DNA from: Oscillospiraceae bacterium
Lineage (GTDB): Bacteria; Bacillota; Clostridia; Oscillospirales; Acutalibacteraceae
Direction: 5' to 3'
Assembly: GCA_029007475.1 (NCBI GenBank)
Contig: JAQXHW010000014.1
Location: forward strand, 1-40,442
DNA: 40,442 nt
The notes below the pieces were generated by a model. It was not told the origin of the DNA, ran no database searches, and saw nothing but the letters and a program-made list of their open reading frames with translations. A program made the position numbers and the translations under genes. Below are positions 27,829-37,400 of this stretch, piece after piece; positions within the stretch are counted from its first letter, which is position 1, and each line of letters starts with the position of its first letter.

Positions 27829-27865
27829 ATGCCCGTCTTACCGAAAAAGTAAGACGGGCATTTTT
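27829..27865. terminator. Intrinsic terminator
   Basis: 13-bp stem ATGCCCGTCTTAC / GTAAGACGGGCAT plus T-run. Confidence 0.8.
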
Positions 27866-27866
27866 A

Positions 27867-29033
27867 TCATTTACTCTTTTTTGCTTTCTTTTTTCCTCGG
27901 TTTTGACACCATCTCATAAAGCGGGAGAAAAGAGAGGGCTTTTTCCCCTGAGCCTCAGCCTGTTCGGGAGTATTCCAAAGGTGAACAATGCCGCTTTCCT
28001 GCAATTTCACAATGACGATAACAGCTATTGGGAAGATAAGCATACCAATAATTCCGAAAAGCTGTAAGCCTAAATACATAAATATCAGAGTAACAATGGG
28101 CGGCAGTCCCACCTGAGCACCGATAATCTTAGGCTCGATAATATTTCTTACCACAGTTATGAGCACATATATTACAAGGACGCTGATACCCATATAATAG
28201 TTACCCGTAAGCAGAGCGATAACACCCCAGGGAATAAGAGCGGTACCCGTACCAAGCACGGGGAGAATGTCCATAATGGCGATTAATAGTGCCAAAAGAG
28301 GAGCGTAGTCCACACCCACAATGAGAAATCCGATATACAGCTCCGTAAAGGTTATAAGCATAATCAGAATATAGCCGCGGAGCATATATAGGATATTGGT
28401 AACAAAGAGCCGCTTTGTATTAAGAACAATAAGCTGATGCTTTTCATTGAGCTGACAAAGCACAAATCTTGTTATCTTGTTGTAGTCCTTTGTAATATAG
28501 CAGCAGGCTACAACAGAGAAAATAAAGGAGATAAGTATGCCGGGGCCCACATTCCACAAAGTTTTAATTAAAGCAATAGCAAAACCCGTAAAGCCCGAAG
28601 CCGCCGCATCCAGAAGATTCTTGGGAATCTGTGAAAGTATCTTCTCCATATCAACAGGCAGCTTGTCGGTAATATTCACAAGCCAGCCCGTAAATTGGCT
28701 TAAGGTATTCTTAATCTGAGGTATGAGATTTTGCACCCACTCTACAAAGCCTCCCGCCTCGTCAATAACCTTCCAGATTATTAAGAAAATCAGTCCCACA
28801 AGAGCCGCCAGAACCACAAACACCAGCAGGATTGACCAGAGGGTTCTGCTGATTTTTGTTTTTCTTGTTAGGAAAGCGACAGGTCTTTGCAGGCAAATTG
28901 CAACAATCACACCGATTACGAAGGGCATAAGCCAAATCATGAGGTATTTGATTGTAAAGTAAACTATTGCCGCAATAGTCGCGACGAAAAGCACATTAAT
29001 TATCAGCTTTTTCTTTTTTTCAGTGGATTCCAC
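27867..29033 (-). CDS. ytvI: YtvI-like integral membrane protein (AI-2E family)
   Basis: MPFVIG, DILPVLGTG..LIPW and RNIIEPKIIG.QVGLPP motifs. Confidence 0.85.
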   Translation of the reverse strand: MESTEKKKKLIINVLFVATIAAIVYFTIKYLMIWLMPFVIGVIVAICLQRPVAFLTRKTKISRTLWSILLVFVVLAALVGLIFLIIWKVIDEAGGFVEWVQNLIPQIKNTLSQFTGWLVNITDKLPVDMEKILSQIPKNLLDAAASGFTGFAIALIKTLWNVGPGILISFIFSVVACCYITKDYNKITRFVLCQLNEKHQLIVLNTKRLFVTNILYMLRGYILIMLITFTELYIGFLIVGVDYAPLLALLIAIMDILPVLGTGTALIPWGVIALLTGNYYMGISVLVIYVLITVVRNIIEPKIIGAQVGLPPIVTLIFMYLGLQLFGIIGMLIFPIAVIVIVKLQESGIVHLWNTPEQAEAQGKKPSLFSRFMRWCQNRGKKKAKKSK

Positions 29034-29065
29034 CTGAAAATCACGCTTTCATTAGTAAGATTAGT

Positions 29066-29212
29066 TTATTGCTTATCTTTCTTCTTGGGCTTAGTAACCT
29101 TGTTTAGAAGAACAACAGAGACGATGAGTATTGCGGCAACAATAAAGATACCCAGCATACCGACACCCATATAGAAGAAGGAGTTCAAGAAATTATCTAA
29201 ATATATTCCCAT
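29066..29212 (-). CDS. OadG-like small subunit of a Na+-translocating decarboxylase (48 aa; absent from the ORF track)
   Basis: MGIYLDNFLNSFFYMGVGMLGIFIVAAILIVSVVLLNKVTKPKKKDKQ; GAGGTG RBS; single TM helix; directly downstream of oadB. Confidence 0.85.
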   Translation of the reverse strand: MGIYLDNFLNSFFYMGVGMLGIFIVAAILIVSVVLLNKVTKPKKKDKQ

Positions 29213-29236
29213 ATTAACACCTCGTTATTCAGTTTA

Positions 29237-30349
29237 TTAACCGAAGAAGTTGAGAATCATACCGCCGGCTATAACCGAAGCAATCTGACCCGATACGTTT
29301 GCACCCGCTGCGTGCATAAGAAGGAAGTTCTGATTATCCTCCTCAAGACCCATTTTGTGAACAACCCTTGCGGACATGGGGAAAGCAGAGATACCTGCCG
29401 CACCAATCATGGGATTTACCTTGTTCTTTGAGAACAGGTTCATTAGCTTTGCGAACATTACGCCGCCTACCGTATCGAAGATAAAGGCGAAGAGTCCGAG
29501 ACCTAAAATCATAAGCGTCTCAAGCTGTAAGAATTCGTTTGCCTGCATCCTGACGGCAACGGTTATGCCTAAGAAAATCGTAATAAGGTTTGCAAGTACC
29601 TTCTGTGCAGTTTCTGAGAGAGAGTTGAGGACGCCGCACTCACGGATAAGGTTGCCGAACATAAGGAAGCCGACAAGAGAAATACTTGCAGGAGCAATTA
29701 AGCCTGCAACAAGGGTAACGATAATGGGGAAAAGAATCCTTGTGAGCTTTGAAACCTTAGCACCCTTAACGTTCATTCGGATTCTACGCTCTTTTTTGGT
29801 TGTAATGAGCTTGATAATGGGAGGCTGAATAATGGGTACAAGAGCCATGTATGAATAAGCGGCAACCATAATTGCTCCTGTGTAGTTAGAGCCCAGGGTG
29901 TTGGCAACAACAATGGATGTAGGGCCGTCAGCAGCGCCGATAATTGCAATAGAAGCCGCATCCTTTGACTCGGGGAAAAACAGTGAAGCAAGGGATAGGG
30001 TCATGAAGATACCGAACTGAGCCGCCGCACCAAACAGAATTAGCTTCGGGTTGGTAAGCAGTGGTCCAAAGTCAATCATAGCACCGATTCCGATAAACAG
30101 AATCAAGGGGAAAAGCTCGTTGGCGATACCTGCGTTAAAGAGAATTTCGAGAGCTCCGTCCTCACCGATTGCACCCGAGAAGGGCAGGTTGACCAAAATA
30201 GTACCGAAGCCCATGGGCAAGAGCAAAGTAGGCTCCATATCCTTTTTAATAGCAAGGAAAATTAAAATACCGCCGATAATCCACATAATCGGCATTTTCC
30301 AATTATCTCCTTGAAAAAGAAGCAGAAAATTTTCGTAAATTACTTCCAC
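29237..30349 (-). CDS. oadB: Sodium-translocating decarboxylase beta subunit
   Basis: EPTLLLPMGFG, GAMIDFGPL, IIGAADGPT, AAYSYMALVPIIQPP and SAFPMSARV motifs. Confidence 0.93.
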   Translation of the reverse strand: MEVIYENFLLLFQGDNWKMPIMWIIGGILIFLAIKKDMEPTLLLPMGFGTILVNLPFSGAIGEDGALEILFNAGIANELFPLILFIGIGAMIDFGPLLTNPKLILFGAAAQFGIFMTLSLASLFFPESKDAASIAIIGAADGPTSIVVANTLGSNYTGAIMVAAYSYMALVPIIQPPIIKLITTKKERRIRMNVKGAKVSKLTRILFPIIVTLVAGLIAPASISLVGFLMFGNLIRECGVLNSLSETAQKVLANLITIFLGITVAVRMQANEFLQLETLMILGLGLFAFIFDTVGGVMFAKLMNLFSKNKVNPMIGAAGISAFPMSARVVHKMGLEEDNQNFLLMHAAGANVSGQIASVIAGGMILNFFG

Positions 30350-30460
30350 GATTAGCCTCCTTGAAGTATTATTCGAAACAATTTTTGAGAATTATTCCGT
30401 TGACTAATATAAGCGGTTACATTATACTAAATATATATTGATTTCACAAGGGGGTATTTT

Positions 30461-31621
30461 ATGAAAAAGAAAATTTCTTTTTTTCTCGTTTTTGCACTTT
30501 TGCTGAGCGCGATTTCCTTTGGCAGTTTCTCTGCTGCTGCCGCAGAAGAGGATTTTGAGATTAAAATTCTCGACAGCACCACCGCGGAAATCACCTCCTA
30601 CAAAGGCTCTGAAAGCAGCATTGAAATTCCGACAGCCGTTGAAAATTACAAAATTCTCGGCATCGGCACAAACGCCTTTCTCAAAAACAAAACCGTAAAC
30701 TCGGTAACAGTCCCCGAGGGTATTGCCTACATAGGCGAAAAAGCCTTTGCCGGCTCTTATATAAAGAGCGTTACCCTGCCCGACTCAGTTACCTCTTTGG
30801 CTGAGGGAGCCTTTAGCGAATGTGTTTATCTTGAGAAAATTACCCTTTCAAAAGGTATAAAGGCAATTCCCAACTCCTGCTTTTTCAACTGCACAAGACT
30901 TGAAAGCATTGAAATTCCCGAGGGTGTAGAAATTATCGAGGATAATGCCTTTGCAGGCTGTAACCACTTAAAGAGCGTCTCTCTCCCCTCCTCTCTTACT
31001 TCCATAGGCACCTATGCTTTTTCGTCAAATCCTGCCCTTGTAAGTATTACTCTCCCCGAAAACTTAAGCGAAATCAAAAGCTATGCTTTTTTTGGCTGTG
31101 CTTCCATTGAGGAAATCACCCTTCCCGAAGCCGTAAAAAAGGTCGGTGAATATTCTTTCTGCGAATGTTTCTCTCTTGAAAGCGTTACCCTTAACAACGG
31201 ACTTGAGCAGATAGGTACAAGCGCCTTTGATACCTGCCCTATAAAAGAGATTAGTATTCCCCGGTCGGTAAAGGATATCGGCGATTACGCCTTAGGCTAC
31301 TACTACGACCAAGAGGAGTTTGACTACTTCAGATATCCGGATTTTCATATTGACTGCGTTGAAGATACTGCCGGTCACGAATACGCAAAAAACAATCAGT
31401 TCAGCTTCACAGCCTACCCACCCGAAACAGTTTATGAAACAGGCGACGTCAATATGGATGAAGCAATCAACGTCAAGGATGCAACAGCCATTCAGAAACA
31501 CCTGGCAAGTATTATTTCGCTCTCCGCCGAAGCCCTCGCTTTAGCCGACTGCAACTGCGACAAAGAGGTAAATGTTAAAGATGCAACCGCTGTTCAAAAA
31601 GCAGTAGCGGGACTCTCCTGA
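30461..31621 (+). CDS. Secreted BspA-type leucine-rich repeat protein with C-terminal dockerin
   Basis: Signal peptide; repeated L.SI.LP..L..IG..AF..C units; GDVNMDEAINVKDATAIQK...ADCNCDKEVNVKDATAVQK. Confidence 0.9.
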   Translation: MKKKISFFLVFALLLSAISFGSFSAAAAEEDFEIKILDSTTAEITSYKGSESSIEIPTAVENYKILGIGTNAFLKNKTVNSVTVPEGIAYIGEKAFAGSYIKSVTLPDSVTSLAEGAFSECVYLEKITLSKGIKAIPNSCFFNCTRLESIEIPEGVEIIEDNAFAGCNHLKSVSLPSSLTSIGTYAFSSNPALVSITLPENLSEIKSYAFFGCASIEEITLPEAVKKVGEYSFCECFSLESVTLNNGLEQIGTSAFDTCPIKEISIPRSVKDIGDYALGYYYDQEEFDYFRYPDFHIDCVEDTAGHEYAKNNQFSFTAYPPETVYETGDVNMDEAINVKDATAIQKHLASIISLSAEALALADCNCDKEVNVKDATAVQKAVAGLS

Positions 31622-31665
31622 TAATCCCCACAGCCGAATTTGTATTCAGACATCACAGCAGCCAA

Positions 31666-31969
31666 AAAATTCCCTGCTTGTATCGGTATAAGACAAAACT
31701 ACCCGAAAAAGAGAAATACAAAACTCTTTTTCGGGTAGTGATTTTTATGCAGTGATATTCTTTGCTGCGCAAAGAGTGATATGATTGCTGACAGCACTAG
31801 TGATATTGAAGCCTGCGGTTTCAGTGATATTTTATTCGCCCTTAACTGCCGCAGGCAATAACACTTGTCGAAAGGCAAATATAACTGCTTTAGCAATATC
31901 ACTCGCCATAAGGCGAATAAAACTGCCGAGTGTCCCTTAGAACACTCGGCTAAACGGACAGGGAATTTT
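31666..31969. repeat. Composite palindromic hairpin array (REP-like), function unknown
   Basis: AGTGATAT(T/G) at 31751, 31775, 31799 and 31823; inverse units at 31857, 31878, 31895 and 31916; hairpins between units; outer IR AAAATTCCCTG / CAGGGAATTTT. Confidence 0.75.
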
Positions 31970-31999
31970 CGTTATATCTGAGGAAATTACTATTATTAT

Positions 32000-34066
32000 T
32001 TATTCGTCGGAATCCTGCTTTGCGTTCTCGATAACCTTCTGAGCTACGTTAGAGGGAGCATCCTCGTAGCGGACGAACTCGAAGGTATAGGTGCCTCTGC
32101 CCTGGGTTGCCTGACGGATAAAGGTATTGAAGTCGTGCATCTCAGCCATAGGAACTTCTGCCTCGACAATCTGCATACCGTCCTCGCCGGGGCTCATACC
32201 TAAGATTCTGCCGCGGCGCTTGTTGACCTCGCCCATGATATCACCCATGTGAGCATCTGAAACAGCAGCCCTAAGTGTGCCGTAAGGCTCAAGGAGTGTG
32301 GGAGCGGCAATAGCCATACCGTTCTTGTAAGCAATTTTAGCTGCCATTTTGAATGCCATTTCGTTGGAGTCAACAGGATGATAGGAGCCGTCGTAGAGGG
32401 TGGCCTTAAGACCTACAACAGGGTAGCCTGCGAGGGGGCCCTTGTTTATAGCTTCCAGCAAGCCCTTTTCAACTGCGGGGAAGAAGTTTTTGGGAACAGA
32501 GCCGCCGACAACTCTCTCGCCGAACTCAAGACCCTCAGCGTCACAAGGCTCAAACTCAATCCAAACATCACCGAACTGACCTGCGCCGCCGGACTGCTTC
32601 TTGTGTCTGCCCTGAACCTGAACCTTCTTGCGGATAGCTTCACGGTAAGCAACCTTGGGAACTTTCAAGGTTACCTCCACGTTAAATTTGGATTTTAGCT
32701 TAGAAACAACAACGTCAAGCTGCTGGTCGCCGAGACCGGTAACAACCATTTCGTGAGTTTCCTTGTCGGAAACGAACTCAAGGGTGGGGTCTTCCTCAAC
32801 AAGACGAGCCATGCCCTGTGCGACCTTATCCTCCTCACCCTTCTTCTTAGGATAGATAGCCATTTTGAAGGTGGGATGAGGATAACGAATACCCGAGAGA
32901 ATAACCTTTCTCTTGGGGGAGCAAAGGGTGTCGCCGGTGTTAGCGTCGGAGAGCTTGGGAATTGCTCCGATATCGCCTGCGCCGATGTATGCACACTCCT
33001 CCTGCTTCTTACCCTTAACGATAAGAACCTTTGTAATTCTCTCGTTCTCGCCTGTTCTCATGTTAACAAGGGGAGTTTCGGGAGAAACCTTACCGGAGAT
33101 AACCTTAAAGTATGACAGCTTACCAACGAAGGGGTCAGCAACGGTCTTGAAGATAATAGCGGATGTGGGGGCGTCCTCATCAACTGCGATTGAAACGTCC
33201 TCACCGTCCTCGTTCTGAGCAATTTCGCCTGCCTTCTTGAGAGCGTTGGGTGCGATTTCTGCAACTAAATCCATCATCTGCTCAATACCTGCCAGGGTTA
33301 TTGCATCAACACAGATTACAGGGAACAGCGCGCCGTCTTTAACCGCAAGACGAACACCGCGGAGAATTTCCTCCTCGGTGAATTCCTCGCCGCCGAAGTA
33401 TTTTTCCAAGAGCTCCTCGTCGCTTTCTGCAACAGCCTCCTTGAGAGCATCCATGTACTCGTCAAGATAATTAAACTCCGGAAGCGCTACCTCGGCAGCC
33501 TTGCCGTTTGAGTAGGTGTATGCCTTATGGGTGAGGATATTAACGTAGCACTCAGCCTTGCCGCCCTTTACAACAGGCACGAAAATAGGACAGACATTCT
33601 GACCGAAGGTGTCCTTAAGACCCGATAAAATTCCGTAGAAGTCAACGCTCTCGTCACAGAGTCCGTTAACAATGAAAATTCTTGAAAGCGAGGAACGTCT
33701 TGCGGCTCTGAAAGCCTTTTCTGTGCCGACGCCGCTGCCGCTTTTAGCGTTAACCACAACAAGCGCGGTATCAGCCGCACGAATACCCTCTGCCTCACCG
33801 GACTTAAAATCGAATAGTCCGGGCGTATCCAAAATATTAATCTTCTTTTCTTTCCACTCAATAGGAGCAAGAGCGATAGAAATAGAAGCCTTCCTCTTAA
33901 TTTCCTCGGGGTCGAAGTCCATAACCGTGTTGCCGTCGGAAACCTTGCCTAAACGGTCGCTTCCCCCTGCTATGTAAATCATTGCCTCTGCCAAAGAGGT
34001 CATACCCGATGAGCCTCTGCCCACCAGGGCTACATTGACTATGTCTTGTGCTTTGTACTGTTTCAA
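32000..34066 (-). CDS. Elongation factor G paralog (EF-G2-like) with degenerate G-domain motifs
   Basis: DTPG, KKQSGGAGQF, DGSYHPVDS and GDIMGEVNKRRG motifs; G1 is GRGSSGMTS and G4 is NGLC. Confidence 0.9.
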   Translation of the reverse strand: MKQYKAQDIVNVALVGRGSSGMTSLAEAMIYIAGGSDRLGKVSDGNTVMDFDPEEIKRKASISIALAPIEWKEKKINILDTPGLFDFKSGEAEGIRAADTALVVVNAKSGSGVGTEKAFRAARRSSLSRIFIVNGLCDESVDFYGILSGLKDTFGQNVCPIFVPVVKGGKAECYVNILTHKAYTYSNGKAAEVALPEFNYLDEYMDALKEAVAESDEELLEKYFGGEEFTEEEILRGVRLAVKDGALFPVICVDAITLAGIEQMMDLVAEIAPNALKKAGEIAQNEDGEDVSIAVDEDAPTSAIIFKTVADPFVGKLSYFKVISGKVSPETPLVNMRTGENERITKVLIVKGKKQEECAYIGAGDIGAIPKLSDANTGDTLCSPKRKVILSGIRYPHPTFKMAIYPKKKGEEDKVAQGMARLVEEDPTLEFVSDKETHEMVVTGLGDQQLDVVVSKLKSKFNVEVTLKVPKVAYREAIRKKVQVQGRHKKQSGGAGQFGDVWIEFEPCDAEGLEFGERVVGGSVPKNFFPAVEKGLLEAINKGPLAGYPVVGLKATLYDGSYHPVDSNEMAFKMAAKIAYKNGMAIAAPTLLEPYGTLRAAVSDAHMGDIMGEVNKRRGRILGMSPGEDGMQIVEAEVPMAEMHDFNTFIRQATQGRGTYTFEFVRYEDAPSNVAQKVIENAKQDSDE

Positions 34067-34490
34067 AATGTTTATCTCCTTTCAAGCTCACAAGCGCGAG
34101 TCTATTTGTATAAAGTTACTATAAAAATAACTACCACTAAATTATATCAAAGCAAAATTCATAACACAACAAAAAACTGCCCCCCTGATAAAAAATCAAC
34201 TTCTTAGCCAATATAGAGTCCCTGTTTTTGTGCATTATTCACAAGAGTTTTCCGCTTGATATTAAGTATTTGACAATAGACAACAAGTTATTATTTCGAG
34301 GCATCTGTACCTCCTATACTCTTTAGTATTTATGATAAGTTTAGGAATACTTATTTCAAGTTAATTACACCAAAGTGAGAGCCCTCATTTTGTTGTAATT
34401 GCGAATAGTATTCCTTTCTATTTATTGCTATAATCTGGGTGTAGTGTCAAGTCACACGAAATTATACAATTTTCACGGAGGTGTATATTA

Positions 34491-37400
34491 ATGAAAAAAA
34501 CATTCAAAAAAGCCCTTGCTCTCCTGCTTGCAATACTCAGTATTGCGGGAATTACGGCAGGCAGCTTTACCGCGGCGGCCGCCGAGGGTTATAAGGTAGG
34601 CGACGTTATTTACGTTAATTACTCAGCAATCCCCGAATGGTACACAGAAAGGGCTTACACGGACTTTGGCGTAGTTGATTGCGTGCTCTATATCAACTTC
34701 ACGGCAAGCACCCGCTACGACACAGGGGAAAAGGAAAACGTCACCATCGGCGACGCCACGGCTCGCTTTGACCCCAGAAAAGTTACCGATAAGGTTGATG
34801 ACTGCGTATATAAATACATAGTAACCGAAGCTGACGCAGGCAAAACTACTCTCCGCTTCTGGAGAGGAAGCGAAACTCTCCTTTGGAACCACTCCGTAGA
34901 GCTTACCTATGAGGATTTCCAAAAAGGCTACAACACCGTCTACGTTGACGGCTACAACAACGGTGCCGAGGCTGCTGGCTCTATCGGTACTTCCGAATAT
35001 ACCCCCTACGATATTGAAGCAAAGCTTTCAATTCTCCCCGTAGAGGGCGAGGATAAAACCTACACCGTAAAGGTTTCCTACGCAAGCGCCCTGCCTGTTG
35101 AAGCCAATTATGAATACGAAATTTTCATAAACGGCGAATCCGTAGGCAAGGTGGATAGCTACACTTTTACAGTTGATGGCATCTACACCTCGGTTAAGGG
35201 TACCGTTAGAGCCACCGACTCAGAGGGCAAGCTCTTAGCAAAGGGTGAAGCCACCGACAGCGTGACCGTAGGCGGCACAATAGCAAATATTGCAAGAGAC
35301 GGCAATCTCTATGCCCACGCCGTAGTAAACGGCGGCACAGAAGCAGATGCCTGGACCTACGCCGAAATGGTAAACAGAAGGTATTACATTTTCCTCCCCT
35401 CCTCGGCTTCAGAAACAGAGGTTGAGCTTTACAGCACCTACTCCTCACCTATAACAATCGGGGACACCGTAATTAATCCCGGCGAGGTAAAAACCTTTAA
35501 CTACAAAGCAGATGCCAAATACTCCGTTACCGGCGGCGCAAATTACACCCTCTCCTTTAAGCGTTCCGGTGCTGAGGCTGCAGTATATGTAAACAACAAC
35601 GGCACGGTTGACGGTTCACTTTGGAAATTCTTAACCGCTGACAAAGAGAACTACACCTCCTGCTTTGCCGCAATCGCAAATGCAGACGGTACTATCGACA
35701 ATACCGATATTAAGAAAATCAAGGGCCGCGGCAACACTACATGGATGGCAGACAAAAAGCCCTTTAACCTTAACTTCAACTCCCCCGTTACAGTAGGCAC
35801 AATGCAAACCACCAAGAAGTATTCCCTGCTTGCAAACTTCCAGGATGCCGCTATGGCTCGTAACCGTGTGCTCTACGATTTAGGCGACGCGGTATCCTTG
35901 CGCTACTCCAGCGACTCAAGATTTGTTGACTTCTATGTGGACGGCAGGTACATGGGTCAGTATCAAATGTGTCAGAAAATCGAACCCGGTGCAGACAACT
36001 TGGTAAACGAAATGGAAGACGACTGCCATATTGACTCAAACGGCAACTATGTAGAGGAATATCCTCTTCTCTTAGAGATTCCCAATGGCGAGGACTTCTG
36101 GACCTCTACCGATTCCGGCTTTTATGTAACAATTAAATCTCCCGACGTTGAGGGCAACGACAACCTCTATGCAAACGAAGTTAGGAATTACGTCAAGACG
36201 CGTTTCGACGCCATGGTAAATGCCATTAAGACCAACTCCGAAAATCTCTCGGATTATATCAATATCGAGTCCTTTGCAAAGGCATATCTCATTCAGGAGC
36301 TGGGCAAAAACTGGGATACACATTCCTGGTATCTCGTGTATGTTCCCGACGAGAACGGTGTTTACAAGTTTGAAGCCTCTCCTGTTTGGGATTTTGACAA
36401 CTCTATCGGCAATGCAAACGGTGTGGGATCTGACCTAATCCAATTCGGCGTTGACGATTACACTCTGCCCACAGGCTGGTGGGGCAAATACAAGACAGGG
36501 TCAAATAATATGACCTACCTCTGTACTCAGAACTCTCAGATTATGGAAGCCGCAAAGACCGTATGGTTTAAGAATTTTGTTCCTGCTCTTGATGTTTACG
36601 CATCAAGTGCAAACACCCAAAAGGAAATTCTCTCAGCAGATGTTTACTACAATTCCCTCAAAGACTCCGCCGAGATGAACTACATGAAGTGGGGTCTTCT
36701 CACCAACTCAGGTTGGGTTGCCGACCACGGCAAATTAACGAAGGCAACCTTTGACTACGAAACCCTCACCTACACGGTTGACAGCACGGCTACATACTAC
36801 GACCAGTACACATTCAAGGGTCAGTTCGACTACATGACCGATTGGCTCATGTCAAGAGCCGCTTGGATTTCTAACGAGTGGAAAGAGTTCTATGTAGCCG
36901 GCGAGGAAGTACCCGATGCTCCAGTTGTCGAGACTAAACCCGAACAGGTGCCCTCGGCCACAGTAACACTCCCCGAAAACACCTTAACAGCTTTCGTATT
37001 TGACTCCTTAGGCAAAACCGAAGAAGAGAAGCTCGTAGAGTACGGCGACAAGTCAGGCTACAAGGCCACCTTCGGCGAAGGCACCTTGAGAGCCTCTGTA
37101 AACTCCAACGGCTACCGCGCGCTTGAGTGGTCCCTTATGGAATACGGCGAAAGCGGACTTGAGATTGTGCCCCTTATGACCGCAGGAAGCAAGAATCCCT
37201 GGGGTGACAATCCTTATGTTGAGGTTCAGCTTTCAACTAAGGGCTACGAAGAACTCACAATCTCCCTCACCTCCGCAGGCTCTAAGAAATGTCCTGCAAA
37301 TTGGCAGCTTGCATACAGCTTAGACGGCGTAAACTTCACCGATATCGACGGCGCAACCTATACTATCTTAGCCGAAAACAGAAAACTTCCCACAGTTTAC

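Noticed and set aside
31699-31902. 67-aa minus-strand ORF over the hairpin array
   Set aside because: No RBS; its repeated ISL motif simply mirrors the DNA repeat.
31751-31924. Repeat-spacer periodicity suggestive of a CRISPR array
   Set aside because: Repeats are 9 nt and spacers 15 nt or less, spacers are self-complementary, orientation flips midway, and no cas genes are present.
32000-34066. Ribosomal protection protein (TetM/O) or canonical fusA
   Set aside because: It has EF-G domain IV motifs (KKQSGG, DGSYH) unlike TetM, a degenerate G-domain, and no rpsL-rpsG context.
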